Of a DNA stretch of 64,000 nucleotides, positions 37,384 to 46,979 are shown one piece after another (the stretch's first letter is position 1; the number at the start of each line of letters is the position of its first letter). The notes beneath the pieces were generated by a model. That model searched no databases, had not been told where the DNA came from, and was given only the letters and a program-made list of their open reading frames with translations. The stretch is from Turneriella sp. (GTDB lineage Bacteria; Spirochaetota; Leptospiria; Turneriellales; Turneriellaceae), in assembly GCA_965279515.1 (NCBI GenBank), contig CBDIID010000003.1, positions 2,720,001 through 2,784,000 of the forward strand, read 5' to 3'. The translations under genes were made by a program, and so were the position numbers.

Positions 37384-38469
37384 ATGACGCTAAAAGATCT
37401 CTACTTTAACCCGGCGTACTACAAGAGGTTGGCTGCCGAAATTAAAAAAGCACACCCCGCCTTTGTCGAGAAAGAATTTCATAAGGATGCAACCTACAAC
37501 TTAGCGGAACTGGAGCTCAACGGGCGCATGCGGCAGACCTCAATGGCACTGCGGAAATATTTGCCCAAAGATTACGAAGAGGCTCTGAGGATTCTGTTTG
37601 CGGTCGCGCCGAATATCGATGGCGGTTATGCAAATCTGGTTTATCCCGATTTTGTAGGTTTATACGGCCACGATCATTTCGACACGTCGATGGATGCGCT
37701 GAAATTTTTTACACAGCACGGCTCTTCGGAATTTGCCATTCGCGAATTTCTGAAACGCGATTTCGCGAAGACCATTGCCGTCATGAAAAAATGGGCCAGG
37801 GACAAGAACTACCATGTGCGCAGACTGGCTTCGGAAGGCTCGCGGCCCCGGCTGCCCTGGTCGTTTAAACTCGATGCCGTTGTGGAAAATCCCCGGCTGA
37901 CGTTGCCGATTCTGGAACAGTTGAAAGGCGACAACGAGCTCTATGTGCGAAAATCGGTGGCCAATCATCTCAACGATTTTTCGAAGGACCATGCCGGGTT
38001 GCTCATCGATACCGTGAAGAAGTGGGATTTAAGCCATGAGCACACGGCATGGATCGTCAAACATGCCTGCCGGACACTGATCAAAAAAGGCAATCCCGCT
38101 GCGCTGGCCGTTTTTGCCTTTGAGAAGAGTACCAAAGTGGCAGTCAAAAAACTGAAGCTGGCCAGCGAAAAAATCAAGATCGGTGGCAGGCTGGAGTTCT
38201 CGTTCGATATTATTTCGCAGAAGAACAAACCGCAGAAGCTGGCGATCGATTTCACTATCTACTATCGTAAAAAGCTGGGGGAACTTTCGCCCAAGGTATT
38301 CAAGCTCAAGGAAATTACGATTGCACCGGGAGAAATCCTCACATTCAAAAAGGCCCAGCGCATGCAGGATTTCACGACGCGGAAACACCATGCGGGAAAG
38401 CACAAACTGGTTATCACCGTTAATGGCAAAAGCCTTGCCGAAAAGATCTTTGAGCTGATAAGAAACTAA
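37384..38469 (+). CDS. DNA alkylation repair protein (HEAT-like repeat glycosylase family) with C-terminal Ig-like domain
   Basis: SSEFAIR, HVRRLASEGSRPRLPW, YVRKSVANHLND. Confidence 0.85.
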   Translation: MTLKDLYFNPAYYKRLAAEIKKAHPAFVEKEFHKDATYNLAELELNGRMRQTSMALRKYLPKDYEEALRILFAVAPNIDGGYANLVYPDFVGLYGHDHFDTSMDALKFFTQHGSSEFAIREFLKRDFAKTIAVMKKWARDKNYHVRRLASEGSRPRLPWSFKLDAVVENPRLTLPILEQLKGDNELYVRKSVANHLNDFSKDHAGLLIDTVKKWDLSHEHTAWIVKHACRTLIKKGNPAALAVFAFEKSTKVAVKKLKLASEKIKIGGRLEFSFDIISQKNKPQKLAIDFTIYYRKKLGELSPKVFKLKEITIAPGEILTFKKAQRMQDFTTRKHHAGKHKLVITVNGKSLAEKIFELIRN

Positions 38470-38561
38470 TCCTTAACTGCAGCAAAATAGCCCTTTCGGA
38501 CTAGGGGTGAATTTCTGTTTATTGCTATATTCAGTCATCGCGTAGAGATGCGGGAGGGATT

Positions 38562-38891
38562 ATGAAAGACAGAAATTTGCGCCTTAAGCTGAATAAGCAC
38601 ATCGAACTATTCTGGCAAGGCCGGAAAAGACATGCGGATATCGAGAATATCAGCACCAGCGGAGCTTTCGTACGTACGGATATTCCCGTACAAGTCGGGG
38701 ATTATATGGCGGTCTATCTGCAAAACCCGGCAGGCCCCGGCACACTGGAAATGGGCGGAGAGGTAATCCGCATAAAACCCAGCCGGTGGGGTATACCCGC
38801 ATTTGCGTTACAGTTCCTCAAGATACCTGAAGAGCTGCGGGTATTTTTGCGCCATATCTCGGTCAAACACAACGCGACGATAGAGGCGTAA
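38562..38891 (+). CDS. PilZ domain protein
   Basis: RNLR (variant RxxxR) and NISTSG motifs. Confidence 0.8.
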   Translation: MKDRNLRLKLNKHIELFWQGRKRHADIENISTSGAFVRTDIPVQVGDYMAVYLQNPAGPGTLEMGGEVIRIKPSRWGIPAFALQFLKIPEELRVFLRHISVKHNATIEA

Positions 38892-38946
38892 GGTATTTTG
38901 CCTGCACGGCTATGCGGGTAGAATAGTTACTTCGCTTTGGCGCTGA

Positions 38947-40014
38947 ATGATGACAGCCGCCGAGCTAGGAAATTACCGCATCACGAGTCAAGGCATCGCC
39001 ACGGCGAAATTCAGAAAACCCGCTGAGGCCGTCGCGCACCTCGGCGCGATGCAGGCGCAGGATTTTCCGATGTCACGCTGGGCTGTGGGATTGCGCACGG
39101 CGAAAGCCACCGACGCTGGTGTGCTTGCGGCGTATGACAAGGGTGAGATCATTCGCACGCATTTGCTGCGGCCAACCTGGCACCTCGTGGCCAATGCCGA
39201 TATCGACTGGATGACGCGCCTGACCGCGCCGGCAATGATCGCCTCGATGCGCGGGCAATATGAACAGCGCTCTCTGAGCGAGGGCATTCTTCAGAAAAGT
39301 AATCAGGCGATGGAGAAAATCCTGACCGCCTCCGGGCCGCTCGTGCGGGAAGAACTTTTTGCTGCTCTCAAAAAGGCAAAGATTAATTGCACTACGCAGA
39401 ACTATCCCTATTTGCTTTTTCATGCGGAACTTAGCCGTGTGATCTGCAGCGGGCCGATGCGCGGGAAAAAGACAACCTACGCGCTCTACGCCGAACGTAT
39501 AAAGAAGACACCGGTGCTCAAGCGCGACGAGGCTTTGGCAAAACTCGCGGAAAGATATTTCACGAGCCACGGCCCGGCAACATTCGCCGACTTCAGTTGG
39601 TGGTCAGGACTCAAGGTAGAAGACGCCCGTACTGCCTACGCCGCAGTCGAAAAACAATTTAGCCGCGAATCCATCGGTGAGGATGTCTATCTCATACCCA
39701 AGAACCTTAAAGCAGCGCCGGATTCCCCAGTTCATCTCTTACCGGCATTTGACGAGTTCATCATCGCTTACAAAGACCGCGGCGCAGTACTACCGAGGAA
39801 CGTCTCGCCCCGGGTCGTCTCGAACAACGGCATCTTCCGCGCGACGATTGTGGCGAATGGCCTCGTGCGGGGTATTTGGAAGCGGGAGACCAAAAAGGGC
39901 AAGCTGGTGGTCGACGCGGAGTATTTTGGGAAAGTTGACGCGAACCTCAGGAATGCGGTGGAGATGGCTTCCGTAGAATTTGCTAAATTCACTTCATTGC
40001 CATTGACGCGTTGA
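38947..40014 (+). CDS. AlkZ/HTH_42 family DNA glycosylase
   Basis: MQAQD (QxQ), HLLRPTWH, HGPAT..DF.WWSGL, LLPAFDE. Confidence 0.85.
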   Translation: MMTAAELGNYRITSQGIATAKFRKPAEAVAHLGAMQAQDFPMSRWAVGLRTAKATDAGVLAAYDKGEIIRTHLLRPTWHLVANADIDWMTRLTAPAMIASMRGQYEQRSLSEGILQKSNQAMEKILTASGPLVREELFAALKKAKINCTTQNYPYLLFHAELSRVICSGPMRGKKTTYALYAERIKKTPVLKRDEALAKLAERYFTSHGPATFADFSWWSGLKVEDARTAYAAVEKQFSRESIGEDVYLIPKNLKAAPDSPVHLLPAFDEFIIAYKDRGAVLPRNVSPRVVSNNGIFRATIVANGLVRGIWKRETKKGKLVVDAEYFGKVDANLRNAVEMASVEFAKFTSLPLTR

Positions 40015-40062
40015 GTTAGCCGAAAGCCGGGTCAAGGTGATCCGCTTACCTAAGGAAGACAC

Positions 40063-41016
40063 ATGTCCAGAATGCTTATCATCGTATTGCTCTGCCTGGC
40101 AAACAGCCGGCTATTTTCTGAAATCACAAAAAGCGACTTTCCCTCTTACACTATTAAAGGCATTCAATACCTGATACCCGTCGACAATGAAGAGATCGCG
40201 AAAAAAAATCTCTCCATACATATTGATGCGCGGGTGCCTGGGTTTTCCACGATACTGACTTTCACGGGCAAAAAGCGAACCATTCCGCCGCAGAGACAGG
40301 CAAAATTAGATCTGCTGAAAAAGATGGCGAATTTCCAGAGGCTAATCTCGCTCTATGAAACGGAAGTCGAGGTGACGCAGGATGGCAAAATCTACTGGCT
40401 CCCGGTACAGAAGGGGAGCGAAGCACCTTTTTTTGAACAGATCAAACAAGGTAATGAATTCAATGCGTTGATCCGTTACGTAGGTTGTTGTTACACCAAT
40501 GATCTGAAACAGATGAATGAAAACCGGCTCTACTTTCTCATCGGATTCGACTTTGAGTTAGAGCCACGCCGGCAAAAAAGTAAATGTTTTTCGGACAAAA
40601 TTCTGGGGTTCAAATTGGGCATGCCGCTGAAAGACGCGTTACTGCAGGCATCCAAAAAATACGGCGAGCCTATCATTACAAAAAATGCTTCGGGAGGGAT
40701 TCTCATGCAATTTGCGCTGGATGGCGCAAGATCAGCGCGCCTGTATATCGGATCAGCCACGGCGGATTATAACCGGAAAGTGTATCTCTTACAGGTTTCG
40801 GGCACAAAGCTCAAGACTCCGCTCTTTGACGATGTCAGACTAGGGGACACTTTGGACGCCATCAAAAACCTGGACCGCACTCAGTTGAAGGAAGAAGGTC
40901 CCGGCGTTGACCAGAAGACGATTTTTGAAAACGGCTCGCCCTGTTCAGTACAGACGACGAACGACCAGATTACCTCGGTGCAAATTCTCGAGGATTTTAA
41001 TTTCTTAACGGATTAG
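40063..41016 (+). CDS. Hypothetical exported protein
   Basis: 317 aa; N-terminal signal-like segment; AAGGA RBS; no recognised motif. Confidence 0.7.
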   Translation: MSRMLIIVLLCLANSRLFSEITKSDFPSYTIKGIQYLIPVDNEEIAKKNLSIHIDARVPGFSTILTFTGKKRTIPPQRQAKLDLLKKMANFQRLISLYETEVEVTQDGKIYWLPVQKGSEAPFFEQIKQGNEFNALIRYVGCCYTNDLKQMNENRLYFLIGFDFELEPRRQKSKCFSDKILGFKLGMPLKDALLQASKKYGEPIITKNASGGILMQFALDGARSARLYIGSATADYNRKVYLLQVSGTKLKTPLFDDVRLGDTLDAIKNLDRTQLKEEGPGVDQKTIFENGSPCSVQTTNDQITSVQILEDFNFLTD

Positions 41017-41137
41017 CTCAACAAAGATGAACAATGTGTCATTTTTCTTGACACCATTGCGGCTTTTTAGATCTTTTTATCTTTAATCAGGGGTTGCCCA
41101 TGCCTCGCGGTATGGAGGGACGCCGTAAGGAGTGAAT

Positions 41138-42012
41138 ATGTTTTCTGAAAGCAAATATGCAACCGCACGCAAAGACCGCGGTGAAAAAAAACTGCAGGTG
41201 CGGGCGCCGAAATGGACCTTTGACGACCTGAATCCGGGGCGGATGTCAGTGTCTTTGCCCGTACCCTATTCCATGCGCTCAGCCTGGTTTTCCCGGACGG
41301 TGAAAGATTCTTTATCCGCAGCGTAAAAGCATTCCAGGATCAGATTTCAGACGCAAAGCTGCTCGGCGATATCAAGGCCTTTATCGGCCAGGAAGTGCAG
41401 CACGGCAAGGTGCATGAGTACTACAACGAAAAGATTGTCGGCAGCCGCTTTGAGATCCAGAACTACCTCAAACTGCACCGCTGGGTAAATTATTCAGTGA
41501 TCGAACCGCTGACAAACTGGTTGTTCACGCCGAAATTTTCGCTTTCTGTCACTGCGGCGGCAGAACATTATACGGCGACATGGGCACACAATGCCCTTAC
41601 CGATGACCGCGTCAGAAGTATCCAAAGCGAATCGCTGCGCAACCTCATCTACTAGCATGCGATTGAAGAGATTGAGCATAAGCACGTGGCCTTTGATGTG
41701 CTGCGCCAGGTCGACGATGACTATGTTTTGCGTATCAGCGGTATTCTGTTTCTCGCGGTTACCATGCCGGCCTGGGTCGGGCTCGGGTTCATTTATCTGC
41801 TGGCCCAGGAAAAAGACGTGAAAATTGCGGATGTCTTGCGTGACCTCGCAGCGGATGCCTCGTCGGACAGCGGCCTCACCCGGCAGTTCGTCAAAGCATT
41901 CTTCAGTTATTTCAAACCGGGTTTTCACCCGGACGATCTGGACGACGAAGGATTGGTTGCCGGGATTGCCGCGCAAGTTGAAAAAAGTATCGGCCGGCCC
42001 AGCGCGGCTTAA
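41138..42012 (+). pseudogene. Predicted metal-dependent hydrolase, disrupted
   Basis: TAAGGAG RBS. Frameshift near 41235-41243, before FPDGERFFIRSV...FIGQEVQH. In-frame TAG at 41653-41655 where the family has W of WHAIEEIEHK. Confidence 0.85.
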
Positions 42013-42019
42013 AAACTAC

Positions 42020-42049
42020 AGGGTTGTCTTTACAGACAACCCTTTTTTT
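42020..42049 (+). terminator. Intrinsic terminator
   Basis: AGGGTTGTCT-ttac-AGACAACCCT hairpin followed by a T run. Confidence 0.8.
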
Positions 42050-42948
42050 CAGGTGCCGTATTCTGACAGCAGCGCGTCGCGGGCAGCATCTGGCCGCCGT
42101 TGGTGCTGCGTACGCATGGATTTTGACCGCCAGGGTGGAATAAAAACCGAAAGCACATACGTGCGAATGATGTACCAGACGAGGCTGCGTTCGATGAGGC
42201 GCGGATCGATCTTTCCGGCGATCTTGGCATGCGCTTCAGCTAACTGGCTCCAGTGCAGGCTCATCTGCTCGTGGTGAGCGGTATGAAATCCTGCATTCAG
42301 TAACAGCCTGCTGCCGATACCCGTAAAATTGCGCGAATGATTCAGCGCCGAATCTTCGTCACAGTGGACGTGTTGCATATAATTCACCATCAGCACGGCG
42401 ATGACTGAAAATTGCGACGGTATAATGATACAATAGAGTGCTTTCTTCCAGTCGAGCAGCAATGCGCCGCCCATCCAGGTAATCCAGATTGCGTATTCGC
42501 TGATATAGAAAAAGAAACGCGCTTTATCGTTTCTCCAGGCATGCTTCAGAAACTGGCTGGTGGGTGTCTGCTGGTAGATGGCGCTGATCACCGGATAGGT
42601 CAGAAGCGTAAATAGATTGTTGGCCTCGGAAAAGCGCCAGGTAATCGTATAATCGCCGTCCTTATTCCCGAAACGGTGGTGATTCAGGTTATGCGTCGGA
42701 ATCCATGCGTAGACGGGAAAGCCGTAGAAAAGTGTCAGCCAATAATCGGTCAGCCGGTTCAGCAACGGACTCTTCCACATGTTGTTGTGGTTATGGTTAT
42801 GGGCCATGGCAAAACAGGGCGCGGCCATCAGCATTGCGGCCACGAACAAATAAATATTAAATTCGGGAAGGGACCAGTGCCAAACCAGAATACCCGTGGT
42901 CAGAATCATATAAAACACCGAAAGCAAATCGGCTTTAAAGCGTAACAT
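42049..42948 (-). CDS. Fatty acid desaturase family protein
   Basis: His boxes HNHNH, HNLNHH, HTAHH; AGGAGG RBS before ATG 42948. Confidence 0.9.
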   Translation of the reverse strand: MLRFKADLLSVFYMILTTGILVWHWSLPEFNIYLFVAAMLMAAPCFAMAHNHNHNNMWKSPLLNRLTDYWLTLFYGFPVYAWIPTHNLNHHRFGNKDGDYTITWRFSEANNLFTLLTYPVISAIYQQTPTSQFLKHAWRNDKARFFFYISEYAIWITWMGGALLLDWKKALYCIIIPSQFSVIAVLMVNYMQHVHCDEDSALNHSRNFTGIGSRLLLNAGFHTAHHEQMSLHWSQLAEAHAKIAGKIDPRLIERSLVWYIIRTYVLSVFIPPWRSKSMRTQHQRRPDAARDALLSEYGT

Positions 42949-43117
42949 AAGCCTCCTATAAAGATAAATCCATCGATTTATCTTTATTTGCCTGAGTGAG
43001 AGATCCAAACAACGCGTCAATTCCCGAACACGTCGCTGAAAGCGGCTTTAAATATGGATTAAAGGATAAATATCTCTTATTTTGATCGACAGAGTATTTC
43101 CTTGGGATGTTTAGCCC

Positions 43118-44248
43118 ATGGCTATATCTGGTACGCTTGAAGCACTCAATATCGGCGCCGAATTCCAGGAGTCCTTGAAACAGTTCTGGATCAAGAACGC
43201 CCTCAAGCTCGACATTCCCGTCATTGACCTGCAACATGTTTGGCTTGTTTATCTCATTATGGAGCTCGAGAAGACAAATCACGGAGCGCCTGAAGAAGAA
43301 TTTCCCGAAGAAGATATTCTCAGGATCATGGGCGACCTGCTGGCCTTCGCCGCCGAACACTTCAGCGTCGAAGAAGATTTGTTCATGGCGTTTGAACTAC
43401 CCGAGGCGCTGGAGCACACCGACCGGCACCGTAACTTCGTGCAGTTCTTATCGCAACGCGCCAGTGAGGTAAAAGCCGGACAACGTGAATCCGTGAAGGT
43501 TCTGATCTCGTTCCTCAAGGATTGGCTGACGATGCACATTCTTAAGGACGACAAACATTATGCGGATTTCTACCGTGATAGTGGAGTAAACCTGAAACAA
43601 TATTTTCAGCGCCAGATCGAAAAACACGCTCTCACGATAGACCGCGGCCAGGTTGCTGTCTATAAACTCGTTTCAGAATCCGACGAAGTACGCGAAATCG
43701 TCAACGACAACATCACAAGTAACGTCATCAAAATATGGAATGCAAACCACCTGAACCTGCATATTCCTATCATCGATTTGCAGCACCTGTGGTTGATCCA
43801 TTTAGTTGTCGAGCTCGATCTCGCGAGCCGTAGCCGCAATATGGGTAGTTCTGCGCGTGAAAAAATTTTCCAGCGCGTCGTACAGGGAGCCGTGCAATAT
43901 GCTCAGGAACATTTTTCAACAGAAGAGCGCATTATGCAGAAGTTTGCTTTCCCGGGTGTGCAGGCACACATTAAACAGCATGACGCCTTTCGTGAGTTTG
44001 TTGCACGCCGTGCCCAGCAGTACCGCCAGGGAGATTCACAAGCGGCGATTAAGTTAGTCCAAGATTTGCGTGATTGGCTGCTTTCGCATATCGCGATAGA
44101 GGACCATAAGATACATCTGCACCTGCGTACTCACCTGAACGAAGTACAGAAATACGTGCGCGAGCTGATCAATTCAGGTGAGATAGCGATACGTAAGTCG
44201 CAGGTTGAGCTCTATAACCAGGTCTGCGGTCTGCAGCGCGTAGAGTAA
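43118..44248 (+). CDS. Tandem two-domain bacteriohemerythrin
   Basis: Two copies of IDLQH...HF..EE...H...H...WL..HI...D. Confidence 0.9.
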   Translation: MAISGTLEALNIGAEFQESLKQFWIKNALKLDIPVIDLQHVWLVYLIMELEKTNHGAPEEEFPEEDILRIMGDLLAFAAEHFSVEEDLFMAFELPEALEHTDRHRNFVQFLSQRASEVKAGQRESVKVLISFLKDWLTMHILKDDKHYADFYRDSGVNLKQYFQRQIEKHALTIDRGQVAVYKLVSESDEVREIVNDNITSNVIKIWNANHLNLHIPIIDLQHLWLIHLVVELDLASRSRNMGSSAREKIFQRVVQGAVQYAQEHFSTEERIMQKFAFPGVQAHIKQHDAFREFVARRAQQYRQGDSQAAIKLVQDLRDWLLSHIAIEDHKIHLHLRTHLNEVQKYVRELINSGEIAIRKSQVELYNQVCGLQRVE

Positions 44249-44267
44249 TAATTCAAAAGGCGGTAAA

Positions 44268-44513
44268 TCAGGTCTTGGGAATCTCAACGCGCGGTGGTGC
44301 GGTGCAGACATTCTTTTCGCCGGCCTTACTGCACGTGTGATGCCTCTGGCATTCGTCTGAGGTTTTACATTCGGCGCCAGCCTTCTTCTTTTTCGTATCG
44401 GGTGCAGGTTCCATGAGGGCATCCGCGGCCTGTATTGGCGCGCCCGCATAGGCGCTGGTGACGCAAAGGACCAGGCCTGCGATCATGACGATTCTTGTGA
44501 GTTTGTTTAGCAT
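44268..44513 (-). CDS. Small secreted Cys-rich protein (81 aa)
   Basis: Signal peptide ending AYA; C-x5-C-x5-C-x8-C; GGGAG RBS. Confidence 0.8.
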   Translation of the reverse strand: MLNKLTRIVMIAGLVLCVTSAYAGAPIQAADALMEPAPDTKKKKAGAECKTSDECQRHHTCSKAGEKNVCTAPPRVEIPKT

Positions 44514-44547
44514 AGTTATTCTCCCGGACAACGCGGATAATCCCCGG

Positions 44548-44790
44548 TTACGTGGGTGGAACAGGTAGTGGCGAGACTGTACAGACATTCTTTTCGCCGG
44601 CCGGACTGCAGATATAATGCCTTGGGCATTCGGTAGAGACCTTACATTCTTCACCGGCTTTTTTCTTTTTCGGATCGGGCGCCGATTCAATAGCTTCAGC
44701 CGCAGGTTTCATGGGCGGACCGGCAAATGCACCGGCGGCAACAAAGACCAAGGTCGAAATCAGGATATTTCTGGTTATCTTGTTCTTCAT
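44548..44790 (-). CDS. Small secreted Cys-rich protein (80 aa), paralogue of its neighbour
   Basis: Signal peptide ending AFA; same Cys spacing; AGGAG RBS. Confidence 0.8.
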   Translation of the reverse strand: MKNKITRNILISTLVFVAAGAFAGPPMKPAAEAIESAPDPKKKKAGEECKVSTECPRHYICSPAGEKNVCTVSPLPVPPT

Positions 44791-44914
44791 GGTTCATTCT
44801 CCTAAGGAAAAGCTACAGGGCATTCGACGATTCTAAAGGCGTATTGGGTCAATTTAATTTCCCTTTAGCAAGAACTTACAAGTCAAAACGAGCCAGCAGC
44901 AATATACTCCAGCT

Positions 44915-45778
44915 ATGGAAAACCGTAACGGCACCAATCCTGTTCGCACCGATCGCGTCATGGTGGAAGATACCTCCATCTACTACCGGACCAGCGGCAG
45001 CGGCACACCTTTACTGATGATACATGGTTGGCCTTTTCACGGTGAAACATGGTTGCCCGTGGCCAGCATCCTGAGCAAAAAATTCCGATGTTATGTCGTC
45101 GATCTGCCGGGTCTTGGTCTAAGTCAACATACCGATAAGACGGATTTCTCCTTCACTGCACACGCGCGACGATTGAAGAAATTTGCCGCGCAGGTGATTG
45201 GCGGCGATTATTTCTGCATCGCGCATGATACGGGCGCAACGATTGCCCGCTATCTCGCGCTTGAGGATCCGGCGATGCAAAAGCTGGTGATGCTTAATAC
45301 GGAGATCCCCGGGCACCGGCCACCATGGATCGAGGCGTTTCAAACATCGATGAAACTACCCGGCTCACGCTTCGTTTTCCGGACTTTAATCCAGCAGCAG
45401 GCATATCTCGAAAGCAGCGCAGGGTTTGGCGGATGTTTTTTTGACAAAACGCGCCTGGATGCAGATTTCAAGAGTGCGTATGTCACTCCGCTTGTCGCTG
45501 ACAGCAAGCGTATGGATGGCGTTGTGCGCTATCTCCAGGGTATCGATTTTAAGCTCGTAGACAAGCTCAGGGAATTGCACCGCCAAATTACGATTCCTGT
45601 GGAATTTATCTGGGGTGCGGATGATCCCACTTTTCCCGAAACCAACGCGCGCGGAATGCTGGATCAATTTCCGGGGCCTGTCGCATTTCATTCTATTCCC
45701 AACGCACGCCTGATGCTGCATATGGAGCACCCCGGGTTGGTTGCACAGAAAGCCGAAAACTTTTTGCTAAATCGATAA
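44915..45778 (+). CDS. Alpha/beta hydrolase (epoxide hydrolase/haloalkane dehalogenase-like)
   Basis: HGWP, DLPGLG, AHDTG Asp nucleophile. Confidence 0.85.
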   Translation: MENRNGTNPVRTDRVMVEDTSIYYRTSGSGTPLLMIHGWPFHGETWLPVASILSKKFRCYVVDLPGLGLSQHTDKTDFSFTAHARRLKKFAAQVIGGDYFCIAHDTGATIARYLALEDPAMQKLVMLNTEIPGHRPPWIEAFQTSMKLPGSRFVFRTLIQQQAYLESSAGFGGCFFDKTRLDADFKSAYVTPLVADSKRMDGVVRYLQGIDFKLVDKLRELHRQITIPVEFIWGADDPTFPETNARGMLDQFPGPVAFHSIPNARLMLHMEHPGLVAQKAENFLLNR

Positions 45779-45803
45779 GCGTCGCTTCTTCGCGGCGCGA
45801 CTT

Positions 45804-46406
45804 TCAGGCCAAGTGATTTTTTATCAGCGGTAGAATTTCCGCGGGCCGGTCGTGCACAAAGGAATGATCGCCGCCGGGTATGACGTGTAGGCTTGCATTG
45901 GGCAATAGCTGTGAAAGGCGCTGCCCCACGGCAACGGGGCTGATGGGATCGCTCTCGCCCCAAAGCAAAAGAGTGGGATGATGTACCTTGTGCAATTCAT
46001 TGTCGTAGTGCGGTCTCGTTTCCATAATCCAGGATGAGGCTTCAGGGTATTCCCGCCGGTATTCAGGCCGCCAGTCGGCTGCACCCAGCGCCGAGATATC
46101 TATGCCGCCCGCGGTGACAGCAAGCACCAATCGCCGGATCTTCCTGGGATAATTCAGCGCGACGCGCAGGGCAACAGCGCCGCCCATCGATTGAGCCAGC
46201 AAATCCACGGGGTCATCACCCAGGTTATCTTCTGCCATCTTTACAATATCAGCAAAACTATCGATGCCAGGCTTCGGAGGTTGATGGCCAATGCCCGGCC
46301 AGCCGAAATAGTGTTTCTGCCACTCTGCGGGCAGCAGGTTACCCAAAGGCTGCCAGAACAGGGGGTCGGCTCCTGCGCCAGGCAAAAACAGCAGGCGGTG
46401 CTTCAT
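45804..46406 (-). CDS. Alpha/beta hydrolase
   Basis: AQSMGG nucleophile elbow, WGESD, GDH. Confidence 0.85.
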   Translation of the reverse strand: MKHRLLFLPGAGADPLFWQPLGNLLPAEWQKHYFGWPGIGHQPPKPGIDSFADIVKMAEDNLGDDPVDLLAQSMGGAVALRVALNYPRKIRRLVLAVTAGGIDISALGAADWRPEYRREYPEASSWIMETRPHYDNELHKVHHPTLLLWGESDPISPVAVGQRLSQLLPNASLHVIPGGDHSFVHDRPAEILPLIKNHLA

Positions 46407-46526
46407 GACTGCGCCACTCTACGGGCAGACGAGTCTTCGGCAAAGTGTTTTCACCTGCTCGCAGGCCCTGCCTTTGACGGGTTGCCTGGGAGATAGTGGG
46501 TTAAACACCCTACTCATCACAACACC

Positions 46527-46979
46527 ATGACGGATTTGGAAATAATGAAGATAGCCTTTGAAGAAGCGAAGATAGCTTTTGATCGGGGAGAGTATCCCGT
46601 TGGCGCAGTTCTGGTGGAGAACGACCAGATTATCGCCAAAGCCGGCAACCGCTCCATTTTGGATTCAGACCCAACAGCGCACGCGGAAATTCTCGTCATT
46701 CGGGAAGGCTACAAGAAACTCGACAGAAAAAGCCTGAGACATTGCACTCTGTATACAACTCTGTTCCCTTGCCCCATGTGCGAAAAAACAATCGTAGAGG
46801 TCGGCATTCCCAGAGTTGTATTTGGGGCCACCACTTTCAAATGGATCCGGGAATATAAATACGTGAACCTCATACCGACAATCGCAGGACCAATTATGGA
46901 GGAAGAATCCCGTGCTCTCTTTCAGAAGCGTTTGGAAGAAAATGGTCGCGACGATATCCTCTCCTACGAAAGCCAATGA
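46527..46979 (+). CDS. Nucleoside deaminase (TadA-like)
   Basis: PVGAV, AHAE, PCPMC. Confidence 0.88.
   Translation: MTDLEIMKIAFEEAKIAFDRGEYPVGAVLVENDQIIAKAGNRSILDSDPTAHAEILVIREGYKKLDRKSLRHCTLYTTLFPCPMCEKTIVEVGIPRVVFGATTFKWIREYKYVNLIPTIAGPIMEEESRALFQKRLEENGRDDILSYESQ

Noticed and set aside
41653..41655. In-frame TAG as possible pyrrolysine or recoding
   Set aside because: It sits at a conserved Trp (TGG->TAG), the gene also has a frameshift, and other genes here use TAG as a normal stop.
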